Shown here piece after piece: positions 20,691-32,884 of a stretch of 39,534 nt of DNA. A program made the translations under genes and the position numbers. The notes below the pieces were generated by a model that saw nothing but the letters and a program-made list of their open reading frames with translations, was not told where the DNA came from and made no database searches. Source of the stretch: Octopus bimaculoides (Eukaryota). Location: contig NC_069000.1 in assembly GCF_001194135.2 (NCBI RefSeq), forward strand, positions 14,123,722 through 14,163,255. Reading direction: 5' to 3'. Within the stretch, counting starts at the first letter, position 1, and every line of letters starts with the position of its first letter.

Positions 20691-21499
20691 ATATTAGAAG
20701 AAAATTTCATTGAAGAAAAGTATCCGTTTTTCAGAAAGTTAAAGGGAAACAAAGTCAGAGCCGGGGCACGATTCTGTAGTTATGCCATTACAACTTATTA
20801 TCTTTAAAAATAGAAAAACAAAAAGAAATAAGGAATGAGAGATGAAACTGGAAAGGAATACAGCAAACCACTAAACACAGGAGGAAGGAAACCCAGCTTG
20901 AAATAGTGCAAGTTCATGCAGTGGTTTGTGTAGCTGAGCAATAGGCTCATCTAAAGACTGTGAGTTCAGTTCCCACTGAAGGCAGCATTTAAATATCAGC
21001 TGGAATACACCTAGGAATCACTACCCAGGTGGGCCCGGCCCCCTTAGAGTGTCAAGAACTGACGGACCGAAACACTTGTTTGACGGGAGTTCTTCTGATG
21101 AAGATGCATCCTGTTATCCGCTTGCCCCGTAACGAGTTTCCGCTCACTATAAAGAAAACTATGTAGTCATAAATAACAAAAACAAAAAAAAAATGAGATG
21201 GTTACGGTTGGAATGACTCGAAGAGGACTGGCCTGGAACTAAACAATAAACTACTGGGGGTTTTTTGTGTTTTTTAATTACTTCTAAGGTAACTGTATTC
21301 GGTTACCTTGGAAGTGATCATATATATAATTATATATCGTCATAGACATTTGCTTGGCGCTTGAAAATATATTTTGTTACAATTATTCCCTTAATTATTT
21401 GTTTGATCATTAGTTTAAATGTTTTAATATTAAGGAGATTCAAAGCGGCGCGCTGGCAGAAACGTTAGCACGCCGGGCGAAATGCGGTACTTCGTCTGT

Positions 21500-21635
21500 T
21501 CTCATCTTAGATTCACACGCTTATTGCAACAATCCTTCAGTTTCTCTAAGCCCTGTAAAAGAACCCGGAAGGCGAGCCTCCAACCAGACCTTTCACGATC
21601 CCCTTAATGCCAGGAACTTTTCAGCGACCCTCGTA
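21500..21635. mobile_element. Partial copy of the mariner-derived MITE
   Basis: Matches the right half of 21656-21876; ends gaacttttcagcgaccctcgta. Confidence 0.8.
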
Positions 21636-21655
21636 TATGAATATATATATAATCG

Positions 21656-21876
21656 TACGAGGGGATTCTGAAAAGTTCCTGGCTTTGGGTAAAAGAAAAT
21701 TCAGGAGGATCAGTTAATTATGATGTTATTCAGCACATTCCCCTCTCAGATTCACACATTTATTGCAGTGGTCCTTCAGTTTCTCTAAGCCCTATAACAG
21801 AACTCGGAAAGTTTGGCCTCCAAGAAGCCTTTTCGCGATAACTTTAAAGCCGGGAACTTTTCAGCACCCCCTCGTA
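21656..21876. mobile_element. Mariner-derived MITE (~220 bp)
   Basis: Terminal inverted repeats TACGAGGGGATTCTGAAAAGTTCCTGGCTTT and AAAGCCGGGAACTTTTCAGCACCCCCTCGTA, with TA ends. Confidence 0.85.
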
Positions 21877-22450
21877 CAAGCTGGTGCTTCAGCATGGCCG
21901 CAGTCCAATGAGGGAAACAAGTAATAGAATGTGAGTTAAAGTATATTAAATCCTCCTCTCCCGTTTGACAACCCGAATATANNNNNNNNNNNNNNNNNNN
22001 NNNNNNNNNNNNNNNNNNNNNNNNNNNNNNNNNNNNNNNNNNNNNNNNNNNNNNNNNNNNNNNNNNNNNNNNNNNNNNNNNNNNNNNNNNNNNNNNNNNN
22101 NNNNNNNNNNNNNNNNNNNNNNNNNNNNNNNNNNNNNNNNNNNNNNNNNNNNNNNNNNNNNNNNNNNNNNNNNNNNNNNNNNNNNNNNNNNNNNNNNNNN
22201 NNNNNNNNNNNNNNNNNNNNNNNNNNNNNNNNNNNNNNNNNNNNNNNNNNNNNNNNNNNNNNNNNNNNNNNNNNNNNNNNNNNNNNNNNNNNNNNNNNNN
22301 NNNNNNNNNNNNNNNNNNNNNNNNNNNNNNNNNNNNNNNNNNNNNNNNNNNNNNNNNNNNNNNNNNNNNNNNNNNNNNNNNNNNNNNNNNNNNNNNNNNN
22401 NNNNNNNNNNNNNNNNNNNNNNNNNNNNNNNNNNNNNNNNNNNNNNNNNT

Positions 22451-22676
22451 ATTTCAAGATCTTTATATTTGCTCAGTTTTTGGTAGGTCTTGACAGATAC
22501 GTTTATATCGATTGGGACAGACATATCAATGAGGAGGCATGATTTTTGTCTGAAGTCTTTCAATATGATGTCTGGCCTATTTGCATCTATCTTTCTGTCA
22601 GTTTGAATGGTGAAGTTCCAGAGGAGTGCGATGTGATCATTTTCAAGTACTGAGGGTGGTTTGTGTGCCTACCAGT
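22451..22676 (-). mobile_element. R4/Dong-clade non-LTR retrotransposon, restriction-like endonuclease fragment
   Basis: Minus frame HKPPSVLENDHIALLWNFTIQTDRKIDANRPDIILKDFRQKSCLLIDMSVPIDINVSVKTYQKLSKYKDLEI (RPD..D..K motif); its 5' end abuts (TAA)n at 22686-22762. Confidence 0.85.
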
Positions 22677-22681
22677 TTTTA

Positions 22682-22733
<52 letters not shown>

Positions 22734-23149
22734 CATTATTGTTATTATTATTATTATTATTTTCATTAAAAAGTTATTAACCTTTAAAATTTGCAAAATT
22801 TGGGTATTTTAGTCAATCAGAAGCGAATATTTTACACATCACCGTGAAGTTCTATTAGCATAGTAAGCACAGAAGCACCGTGTGTTCCAAAGCTGATTGC
22901 GAAGAACTCTACTACTTTTTTATACGCCTGGGTCAAGAAAATTACCTCATTCCTTTTTTGCACGGAAGAACTGGGTATGAATCGCAACACAACTGTTACA
23001 ACAATTAACTAATCAATTACTTGATTAATCGTTCGGTCAATCAATCAATCAATCAATCAGCTAGGTTTGTCAAAGTTCTTTCATCATCATTCTCGACCTC
23101 TCTACTTCAGGTCTATCTACCTCGTATATTTTACCAACATAATTCTTGC

Positions 23150-23352
23150 ATCCTCCTCATCATCATCATCATTATCATCTTCATCATCATTTAATATGTT
23201 TCCCATACTGGCATGGGTTGGACGGCTTGATAGGAGCTGGCAAGGCCTGAGGCCCACCAGGTCCCACAGTCTGTTTTAGCATGGTTTCTACACTGGATGC
23301 CCTTCCTAACGCCAACCACTCTATATTGGGTGCATTTTACGTGACACCAGCA
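23150..23352 (-). mobile_element. Retroposon fragment family E with (GAT)n tail (RTE-associated type)
   Basis: gcatgggttggacggc...ggatgcccttcctaacgccaacc motif next to (CAT)n; family assignment is from recall. Confidence 0.5.
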
Positions 23353-23429
23353 ATTCATTAATCAGACTACAGTCCTCTTGTTGGTTTAGACTACCGCAGG
23401 AGCTTTCGCACTTAGAGTATATATGCATT

Positions 23430-24130
23430 TGCGGTGGTGAGCCTGGTATAGCGGAAAGGAATAGTTTGGGGAGTAGATTTATTTAGAGTTGCAGTGTTGA
23501 GTTAAATGCAAAGAGAGCAGGGAATGTGAAAGCTTGAAGAAGTATTGCTTAGAAAAACATCATAGTTGAGAAGTTGAAGAAAGGAAGTTTTTGCAAAGAT
23601 GGTTGAGATCAATTGTGCAAAGGATCAAAAGGATTGGCCGCAGATTGAGAGTTAGAAGAGATTAAGGGCTGTGCAGTACACAGGGGCATCCTTCACAGTT
23701 TGGATAATGGTCTTGCAGGGGCTGTAAAAGCCGTCCATTTTTGTTGAGGTGGATTATTTTCCCCAAACGTTATAAACCATATTCTTCTAAAAAGAACTGT
23801 TGACTTGATGCAGAGAGATTTGGTAGTGTGTGTGGCGTGGAAGGGGAACATAATAAGGTTAAGTTCAGTCAATTGCCTGCTGCTTTTGATGGGTCAAGGA
23901 GAAATGCGTACATTGCCAGGAATAGTAAACATACACCTGGCAGTGCTCTGAAAAGTCAACTAATTTGAAGTACTCTAGAGTCCGGAAGACAAGAGTATTG
24001 TATTGATTTTAGTACTGTGGCGGATAGTTACGATAAGGTGATGATAGGTGGGAAAAACGATGATGATACAGCAGATGTTGGGTTTAGAGATAAGAAACAG
24101 ATCAAAGTGTTTCAAGTGTCTGTGTGTTGG
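23430..24130 (-). mobile_element. Decayed CR1-like LINE (APE C-terminus/linker)
   Basis: Minus frame PTHRHLKHFDLFLISKPNICC..HHLIVTI resembles PT..NILDLFLTSNP..SDH.LI. Confidence 0.5.
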
Positions 24131-24213
24131 TCTAGGATAGCCGTTCTTAACCAGGGTCCATATGAATACAAAGAGCCATATGGGTTCAAGAGCGATATGG
24201 ACAATTCATTTAT

Positions 24214-24342
24214 GCTAGATGAATGGACTGGAGCAACATGAAATAAAGTGTCTTGCCCAAGGATACAACGCGCTGACGGAAATCGAACTCGTAGCCTCAT
24301 GATCAGAAGCCGAATACCCTAACAACTAAACCACGCGCCTTC
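24214..24342 (-). mobile_element. SINE family D
   Basis: Sibling of 17260-17424 (gccgaataccctaa...ccacgc; tcttgcccaagga). Confidence 0.7.
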
Positions 24343-25156
24343 TCTGCATGAAAGACACATGTGTATGGTGGGAGGAAAGTCAGGCTTGGCAATACAAACT
24401 AGAGGAACTAAACGATCGCCTTCTGTAGTGTCTCTTAAACTATCAAAAACCGTAACTCAACCCCAAAGACACATCCACCCCTTCTTCCACAGCATTAATG
24501 AAAATATCAGCTATGTGCTCCGCCTTCTCTTGTTTGTCTTGTTTAATAATGGTGGGGAAATGAAATGGAGTTTGTGTCCTTGTATTTCTTCATTCTTCAC
24601 CCTGGTGTTTTACAAGTTTAACAAGTTGGAAATCATTGTCATTTTATTAAACACGGCAATTTTCCCACTTTCTTTTCAATCTCCGCAGTCCACCCACCCA
24701 GTAACGTATCTTGAGTGGGGAGGAGAAGTGAGAGAAGAAGAGGTCAAGGTGACAGTCCGTCTCGATCGATGCTTTTATGGAAGCGGCACTTTTGGGATCT
24801 GGGATATGGCTGGCAAACTCAGGAGCTGCCCCGGACGGTACGCTGTACACATTCTAGTTACGCCACTGCACCCACCACAACCACATCCACCATCACCATC
24901 TCCACAAGCACCACCACTATAACCACCACCACCACTATATGTAAAATATTGACCTAAGGCTACAAAATCTGGAGACATCACAGAAATTCTGAACAATTTA
25001 GACAAAGTTTTGTAATTCAAGTTCGAAAGAATTTTAAATAGAGACAATAAGTGAGATCACTCTCCGTACAGAGAAACGATGGAGGGCAGGTGTTCGGCGG
25101 AGCAGTGAGGAGGTGGAGGGGAAATGTGAGGTCATGACATTGTTTGGCGTGCAAAA

Positions 25157-25383
25157 CACGGCCAGCATGCAAAAAAACGTCAGCGCGTCGGACTAAATGC
25201 AGAGCGGCATTTTCTTGCGGCTTTACGTTCGCAGTTCAAATTCTGTCGAACTCGACTTTGCCTTTCATCCTTTTCAGCGTCGATAAAATAAGTTCCCCAT
25301 TTTGAAACAGAAGTTGATGTAATCCTCTAACCTCAATTCCCCACAAAATTGCTGGCCTTGTGCCAAAATTTGAAACCATTATT
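25157..25383 (+). mobile_element. SINE family A (diverged)
   Basis: gcagttcaaattctgtcgaactcgactttgcctttcatcc...gctggccttgtgccaaaatttgaaaccatt. Confidence 0.8.
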
Positions 25384-25880
25384 TGGCATAAAACATTTCT
25401 TTTTTTCTCCAGGCTAATTAATTTCCATTTATAAGAAAATTCTCGCTCTATGAAATGCTTAATTTATATATCTCAGGTTATGTGATGCTGATGGTTTCTA
25501 AAAAGAATGAAATAGTACTATACATGATTATCATTGACTAGAAATTTTGAGAACTTAGTTTTAAGTAAGCAAAAATGTAAAAAATGAATATGTGTATTCT
25601 AGGCATCTTTTTTCCTTATTCCTTAGTTTCAAATTAAAACTTCTAATCCCGCCAAATACTATGAAGAAATGATTATCACCCTTGTATTAAGTGTCCGCTA
25701 GGGGGACACTAAATGAGATTTACTCAGTGGTATATATTTATCATAAAATTTCATATTCCTTATTCGCGAGTTTGACATAATATTTTGTCTGCATTTTGCA
25801 GCTAGAATAAAGCGAGTAGCGGCTGGAAGATATAGAAAAAAAATAAGAACAGGACGTCCATTCGAGGACAGAAAGAAGAG

Positions 25881-26257
25881 GGGTGCATACTGTAGAGTTG
25901 GAAGGAGGAGGCTTACATTTTAAGGCTGGGAGAAGGGACTCCATAGTGTAGAGTTTGGAGAAGAAAGTGCACATTGTAGTAATGGACAAAGATGATGTAC
26001 ATTTTAGGGATGGAAGAAAAGGTTGCATATTGTAAGTCTAGGAGAAGGCGGTGCACATTGTGGGAACGGCGAAGAGGGGGCACGTTTTAGGACAGGAAGA
26101 CAGGAAGGGGGCGCATATTGTGGGGATGGGAAAGGGGAAACACGTTATAGGGCTGGGAGCTGCACAGTGTAGTAGCTTGGAAAAGAAGTACACACTGTAG
26201 AATTGGGTGAAGAGGATTACAATCACAACCATGCGCATCGTTGCTATCACCACCACT

Positions 26258-26288
<31 letters not shown>

Positions 26289-26293
26289 CCACC

Positions 26294-26327
<34 letters not shown>

Positions 26328-26572
26328 TCTTTTCATTCTTTTTTAGGGCTCGAAAAATGGAGTGTATATTATAGGGTTGATGGAAAGGGACTTAGATTGT
26401 AGGGCCAGGAGAAGGAGCTACACAGCAGAGAGCTTAGAGAAGAAGGTGCACATTGCAATAATAGAGGTAGAGGGCGTGCATTCTACGCCTGGAAGAAGTG
26501 TATATTGTACGGCTGGGAGAACAGGGTATACAATGTAGGGCTTGGAGGAGACACATATCTGTAGGGCTGGCC
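25881..26572. repeat. Degenerate ~28-bp minisatellite split by a (CAT/CAC)n insertion
   Basis: Consensus approximately GTGCACATTGTAGGGCTGGGAGAAGGG; ~12 units at 25881-26216 and ~7 at 26357-26572. Confidence 0.75.
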
Positions 26573-26939
26573 TAGAATGTTGAATACCATGGCACCGGCT
26601 CTGGGACGGATATATTCAAATCAGTATATAACTGGTATTTATCATGTCGACTCCAAAAGTAATCCAAACCATAACCGCCACCATCTCCAAAACTTCTACC
26701 ACAATTAATACCACGTCCCATTCTGTCAACATATTAACACTAATACCGCCATTTGACCCAGTGGTCTACATGGGGATACAAGGCCCGGCATTTGTTGAGG
26801 AGTCAAGTATAATTTGCAAATATCGATCCTGAAAGACTGGTACCCACTCCAAAAAATGCCAAGATTTTGAACACACGACGTAGAGGGGGGGAATTACCAA
26901 ATACCGGAAGATCTACACCGGTTTTCTGCCGTTTTGCTG

Positions 26940-27870
26940 CCCCACAACCCATCTGTCTCTCTTCCTCCTCCTCCTCCTTTCTCATCTTTTCCTTTCACTC
27001 TCTCTTTCACTCTTTCCCTATTTTCTTTTGGCCCTCTGCTGCCACACCACTTTAGACGATTTCTCTCTCCCTCTTTGTCTCTCTTCTGTTCTCCCTCTTT
27101 CACTCTCCCCCATTTTCTTTCACCCCTCTACTCTTTAGCCATCCCATAGCATCTCTCTCTCCCTTTTCTTTCTCTCTTTCTTTCTCTTTCTCTCTCCCTC
27201 CTTCTGTCTTTCTCTCTCACTTTTCCTCTTTCACTTTCTCTCTGCTTCCTATTTTCCCCCTACGGCTTCACCACTTTATCTCTCTCTCTCTCTCTCTCTT
27301 TATCTCCCTCTTTCTCTCTCCAACTTTCTCTCCCTCTTTTTTCCTTGCTTCTCTCCCCTCTCTCTTTCTCCCTCTTTCACTCTCTCCCTATTTGTTTTTG
27401 GCCCTCTAATCTTTTGCCATCCCACAACATCTCTCTCTCTTTCTCTCTCTCTCTCCCCCCTCCCCCCCTCTCTCTCTCTCTCTCNNNNNNNNNNNNNNNN
27501 NNNNNNNNNNNNNNNNNNNNNNNNNNNNNNNNNNNNNNNNNNNNNNNNNNNNNNNNNNNNNNNNNNNNNNNNNNNNNNNNNNNNNNNNNNNNNNNNNNNN
27601 NNNNNNNNNNNNNNNNNNNNNNNNNNNNNNNNNNNNNNNNNNNNNNNNNNNNNNNNNNNNNNNNNNNNNNNNNNNNNNNNNNNNNNNNNNNNNNNNNNNN
27701 NNNNNNNNNNNNNNNNNNNNNNNNNNNNNNNNNNNNNNNNNNNNNNNNNNNNNNNNNNNNNNNNNNNNNNNNNNNNNNNNNNNNNNNNNNNNNNNNNNNN
27801 NNNNNNNNNNNNNNNNNNNNNNNNNNNNNNNNNNNNNNNNNNNNNNNNNNNNNNNNNNNNNNNNNNNNNN

Positions 27871-27933
<63 letters not shown>
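26940..27933. repeat. Polypyrimidine (CT)-rich low-complexity tract, N gap, then (TG)n
   Basis: Directly visible. Confidence 0.9.
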
Positions 27934-27935
<2 letters not shown>

Positions 27936-28344
27936 ATGAGTGTGGTTATGTTTGACGTCCTTGTATGAACAAACTGTGGCTTGTGTAAACAGAACACGAC
28001 GAGTGGTGTAAGATGTCATATGCTACGAAAGTCAACAACTTCGCCTTCTCCGCCGACACCTCTAAAACTATACCGCCGCCATCGCCGCACCCGACTCCAC
28101 CGACGTATTCATTATATCACTACTACTAACTACCACCACGACCGCGACGAATAACTATGGCCACCGTCCTCTATGTGGCCGTTCGGCCTGCTAGAAATGG
28201 TAACCGAGTAATCCTCAGATCACCCCCGCCCCTAACCTATCGTGGATAATGTGGTTTTGACCAAGGGACTACACAACAACAACAACATTACTTCTTTTAC
28301 ACTCGTCATTGACTACACCGCTACAATCACCACCAATATCGTCG

Positions 28345-28480
28345 CTATCACCACCACCACCACAACGTCATCACCATCATCATCATCATCATCACCATCA
28401 TCACTATCATCGACCTCGTGATCATCATCATCATCGTCATCATCGTCATCATCATCGTCATCATCATCATCATCATCATC
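28345..28480. repeat. (CAT/CAC/CGT)n microsatellite
   Basis: Directly visible. Confidence 0.9.
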
Positions 28481-28739
28481 AACACTGTTATTTGAAAAGA
28501 GAGAATACAATTTACAGCAATTTGTATATTCTGTAGACGATGTATAAATATAGTGTATACAATATTACATATGTGTGTATATATATATATATATNNNNNN
28601 NNNNNNNNNNNNNNNNNNNNNNNNNNNNNNNNNNNNNNNNNNNNNNNNNNNNNNNNNNNNNNATATATATATATATAATACAAATGATATATGAGCATAT
28701 GCATATATACATACATATATGCATATTTGTGCGTCTGTA

Positions 28740-28920
28740 TATGTGTCTGTGTGTCTGTGTTTGAGCCCATCACTGCTTGTCAACCGGTATTCGTGTGTTT
28801 ACGTCCTCGCTTCAGCAAAAGAGACCGATAGAATAAGTACAGACTTTTAAGAAAAATAAGTACTTCTAGGTGATTCCCCAGCATAGCCGCATTCTAATAA
28901 CTGAAACAAGTAAAAGATAA
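28740..28920 (+). mobile_element. SINE family B 3' half
   Basis: gcttgtcaaccggtattcgtgtgtttacgtcc...cagcaaaagagaccgatagaataagtac...ctgaaacaagtaaaagata. Confidence 0.75.
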
Positions 28921-29554
28921 AACGTGTATGTAGCAGCGTTGAATAAACTATATGCAAATACATGCATGTACAAAGATATTTAACACATTCATGTACACTC
29001 GAACGTTGGAATAATTTTCGGTGCAGCAATAATTTCAGGAGAAATTTCTAAACAACATGTGTGAAAATCCATGCGTGTGTGTATATACGCAAAAGCGCGA
29101 ACACACACACACACACACACATACATATTTTTTGAAGTGGGTTTATTTTTTGTGTATAAGTATTGTTTTCAATTACCAGTTTCTAAACATTGTTTTGTTA
29201 AATTGTTGCTTATGGTTGTAGTTGTTTCATTTTCCAATTCGTTTGTTATTCTTTTTATTGTTCAGCTTTGCTATTATGTCTGAGTTGTCATCTGATTTTT
29301 ACTCAGGTATTTTTTGTTTCTTAATAATTGTCATGGGATCGCTTTTCTTTAGCTATATCAGTAATAATTCTGGTTCTGGTTGTCAATTACATAATTATAT
29401 TTTTTTCTAAAACTTATTTGACTGTTGGTCGATTTTCATTACTTACTTCATTAGTTGCTTCTGTCTGTCAATTACTTCATCATCTCCTGTTTCCCTACAA
29501 TATTCGTTCTGCCTGCTTCATAAACTTATATTTTTATATTTTATGTCACTTTTT

Positions 29555-29820
29555 ATCGTGTGATTGTTTTACTCATTAGGTTGCGGCTAAATCGAAGTAC
29601 CGCCTTGACGGGTTTGGTCAAACAAATCGACTCCAGTACTTTGTTTTTTGTGTGGTACTTATTCTATTGGTCAGCTTTGCTGAACCGCTAAGCTACAGTC
29701 AGGTAAGTAAACCAATACCAGTTTTCAGGCAGAGTCGATCTGTTCGACTAAACCCTTCAAGGCCGTGCCCCAGAATGGCTGCAATCCAACAACTAAAACA
29801 AGAAATAAGATAAAAGATAA
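29555..29820. repeat. Second foldback of inverted SINE-B 3' ends (more diverged)
   Basis: Left arm ~29555-29634 (minus orientation) and right arm ~29731-29820 (plus orientation). Confidence 0.65.
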
Positions 29821-30060
29821 GGTTTTTTTTTAAGTAACTTATCCAATATTTTTCAATGGCCGAACTTTAAATAACCAAACAACGAGGAAAGTTTGAAAAA
29901 TTATTTCATTTGTTGTTAACAACCAACAGTTAAATAAGAGAGATTGTTCGCTACTCATCAGGTTATTAACCTATTACCTCCCATAATTCTATTAACTGGA
30001 AGTTTTTCATGAAACTTCGATTTCTAGCATAAAACAGCCTTAGAAACACGCTGGATTGAT

Positions 30061-30113
30061 CAAAATAACATTTCAAAATAACATTTCAAAATAACATTTC
30101 AAAATAACATTTT
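30061..30113. repeat. 13-bp tandem repeat (CAAAATAACATTT)x4
   Basis: Directly visible. Confidence 0.95.
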
Positions 30114-30399
30114 AAATAGAAATAAGCGAGATATTGGGTGAAAAATTAGCAAACCTCATTTGAATATCAGAGAAATATACCTAGTAGATATAGCAAAAAC
30201 GTTAGATATGTGTAAATATTGACAGATAATTACGAAATTTGTAATTTTTAAATGATCTCATATGAGATCACTGGTAGGTAATGGGTTAAGTGAATCGCAA
30301 GAGCGAGTTTACAGATTCTCGAATCTTTCATTCGTAGAAATTTCCCTCACACATGGAAACTTCTCTCGATTTCTGCCAGTATTTTGCCGAGTATATTTT

Positions 30400-30760
30400 G
30401 AACAAATACCCCGTTCGTTACCCTCATGATCCGGGTCATTCTTACGTCCATGGTACCCTACTCTAGCACAATGTTTCAAGTATGAATTTCAGAGGTGGGA
30501 TCACTTGAGCTTTTTCGTCAGTAGGCGGATGTTATTGGAGAGACAGTAACTTAAGCACCTCGGCTCAGCCTGAGCTGTTTCCAAACGCAAGTACTGAGCC
30601 CCAAGTACACTTACCACCTCTCCACACATGGATACGTCACGAAGGTAAGACAAGTTAAAATATTCGCGGCATCCATGGAGCTGCAAAGGATGTCAAATAT
30701 TGGTTAAGTATGACTGTTCGTATTTTTGTCTTAGGGTCCCTCCCACTAGATATTCTGTCG
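30400..30760 (-). mobile_element. Decayed RTE-like LINE RT C-terminal fragment
   Basis: Minus frame FNLSYLRDVSMCGEVV..RLETAQAE..LSNNIRLLTK resembles F.YLG..G.V..RI..A...NI.L.TK. Confidence 0.4.
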
Positions 30761-30887
30761 GGATTTACTCCCTTAAACTTTTTTAAACGTTCGGTAAATC
30801 GTCCCCAACAAAGCAGCAGGGGTTTATAATTATAGTGAACATGGTTTATGCAGAGCCAATCCCTCTCTCTCTTTCTTTCTTTCTTTC

Positions 30888-30935
<48 letters not shown>

Positions 30936-30954
30936 TCAAACTAGTGCAAACTTC

Positions 30955-31190
30955 ATCTGCCTGGGTTCGTTGGGGTGTCTGTCTTTAGCCTTCTTCTGGA
31001 AGCGAGATCACTAAAGCACTGTGACCAACAGCGAAATTCTAAACACCAGAATCTTCTCTAATTTGCCATACGTACCCAACAAATCAGGCCAAACCGCATT
31101 GCCAGGTGATACCTTTTTGTAACTTAGTCAGTTGGCAAGGTATTGACATTGCACTAGCGAACCCCAAGAAGCAAGAGTCTAAAGTTCTGT
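30955..31190 (-). mobile_element. Highly decayed R4/Dong endonuclease fragment
   Basis: Frameshifted pieces CFL..MSIP, (G)ALVI and QKKAKDRHP; shares ~48 nt with 34700-34742. Confidence 0.45.
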
Positions 31191-31199
31191 AATTACTGC

Positions 31200-31900
31200 T
31201 TTCTTAGAGCTCGCACACTGCAATACCAAATGTCCATTGCAACGCCAAGTATCTGTACACTAACAATTCGCCGACAAGAGTTAAGCTGATGGCCGACACT
31301 ACTATCATAGTTTCGTTCACTCTGGTTGATCTGATTTTTGTCTTCTGTGAGTCTTTAATCTCCCAGAAGCATCCGTCATCGATTTTATTTCTTCTTAATA
31401 CGCATAATTGGGTCATTAATCTGAAATACAAACAATGGACGATGCATCTGGAGACGATTAGCTTTTGGACTCATGGTTCAACCGCACTCAACTTCTTCAC
31501 CCAGAATTCTCTAATAAGTTTGAACCAATCCGCAACACATTCACTGAACATGGCAAAGTTCACCACGGTTTTCTATAGCAGCGCTTGTTGATCTAATATT
31601 TCGTCATCTTCAGCATCCTCTCTGGAAAAAGCTACACATTTCTCCCGTTGGTATGGCAATAAAATGGGAAGCAATCCATGGTTGGAGGTGAGAGATTTTT
31701 GGCCAGCAACCAGTGAAGAGAATGCATCGCTTAGATTTTTTTTGCCTCTGCTCTCTCAACTTGACTGCATTTTCGAGTGTTAAATTTCTGGTTCCTTTAT
31801 CTAGTTTTAAACGGATCTTCTGAGTGAAAGCAATGCATATTTCGTCTGAAGATATAAAATCAGTTTCCTCAGCCAGTGAAAGAAACTGAATCATATTTGT
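31200..31900 (-). mobile_element. Ty3/Gypsy-like gag-protease remnant
   Basis: IRLKLDKGTRNLTLENAVKL (gag-like), followed by a decayed protease-like stretch (YFRLMT..KIRSTRV..FGIAVCEL). Confidence 0.4.
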
Positions 31901-32312
31901 TATTTCATTATATTACTACAATAAAATCTATTATTTCATTATATTACTACAATAAAATTCTAAACAGAACAAACTGATACTGAAACTCGGTCGCATGAAA
32001 AAATATCTTAGTAACTAGGCGGCCATAACGCAGCTTCATCAATAGAGTTTCTCCTTCCAGCCGTCAAACAAACGATTCCATTGATATTTAAATCATAACC
32101 ACTAAACAATATGAAACGACAATCAAGCTTACAGGCAGTATTTCTATGTTCACAGTTTCATTGACATTAATACAATATGGCGGCCGCTCATTTTCATAAC
32201 CAGATCTTCTTCGGAACTGACCTAGCTATTGCTGAGACAAGGACTTTATTGAGAAGAATTATGTAAATGATAATAAATATTTTGGAGTTATAATTATATC
32301 ATTCAAAGCAGA

Positions 32313-32358
<46 letters not shown>

Positions 32359-32884
32359 NNNNNNNNNNNNNNNNNNNNNNNNNNNNNNNNNNNNNNNNNN
32401 NNNNNNNNNNNNNNNNNNNNNNNNNNNNNNNNNNNNNNNNNNNNNNNNNNNNNNNNNNNNNNNNNNNNNNNNNNNNNNNNNNNNNNNNNNNNNNNNNNNN
32501 NNNNNNNNNNNNNNNNNNNNNNNNNNNNNNNNNNNNNNNNNNNNNNNNNNNNNNNNNNNNNNNNNNNNNNNNNNNNNNNNNNNNNNNNNNNNNNNNNNNN
32601 NNNNNNNNNNNNNNNNNNNNNNNNNNNNNNNNNNNNNNNNNNNNNNNNNNNNNNNNNNNNNNNNNNNNNNNNNNNNNNNNNNNNNNNNNNNNNNNNNNNN
32701 NNNNNNNNNNNNNNNNNNNNNNNNNNNNNNNNNNNNNNNNNNNNNNNNNNNNNNNNNNNNNNNNNNNNNNNNNNNNNNNNNNNNNNNGAAATGTTTCCCA
32801 AGAAAAAAATGTAATTAACATTAGATTTTCTTTTAATTTCTTTTTCTGTATCTTTACTATATTGTTTTGTTTTGTTTTTTTCAG

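Noticed and set aside
21040-21110. GAAAC and CTGATGA close together
   Set aside because: Stems I and II cannot be paired in any hammerhead permutation.
24359-24922. Plus ORF of 187 aa
   Set aside because: No coherent domain; mixture of possible LINE remnant and CAC-repeat low complexity.
29940-29970. Minus CTGATGAGTAGCGAAC
   Set aside because: GAAC rather than GAAA, no stem II and no NUH/stem III.
30960-31130. Initial reading as an RTE apurinic endonuclease (WPDLLGTYG..)
   Set aside because: Alternative frames give ordered R4 motifs (CFL..MSIP, GAL, KK..DRH) and share sequence with the R4 copy at 34.7 kb, so R4 is preferred.
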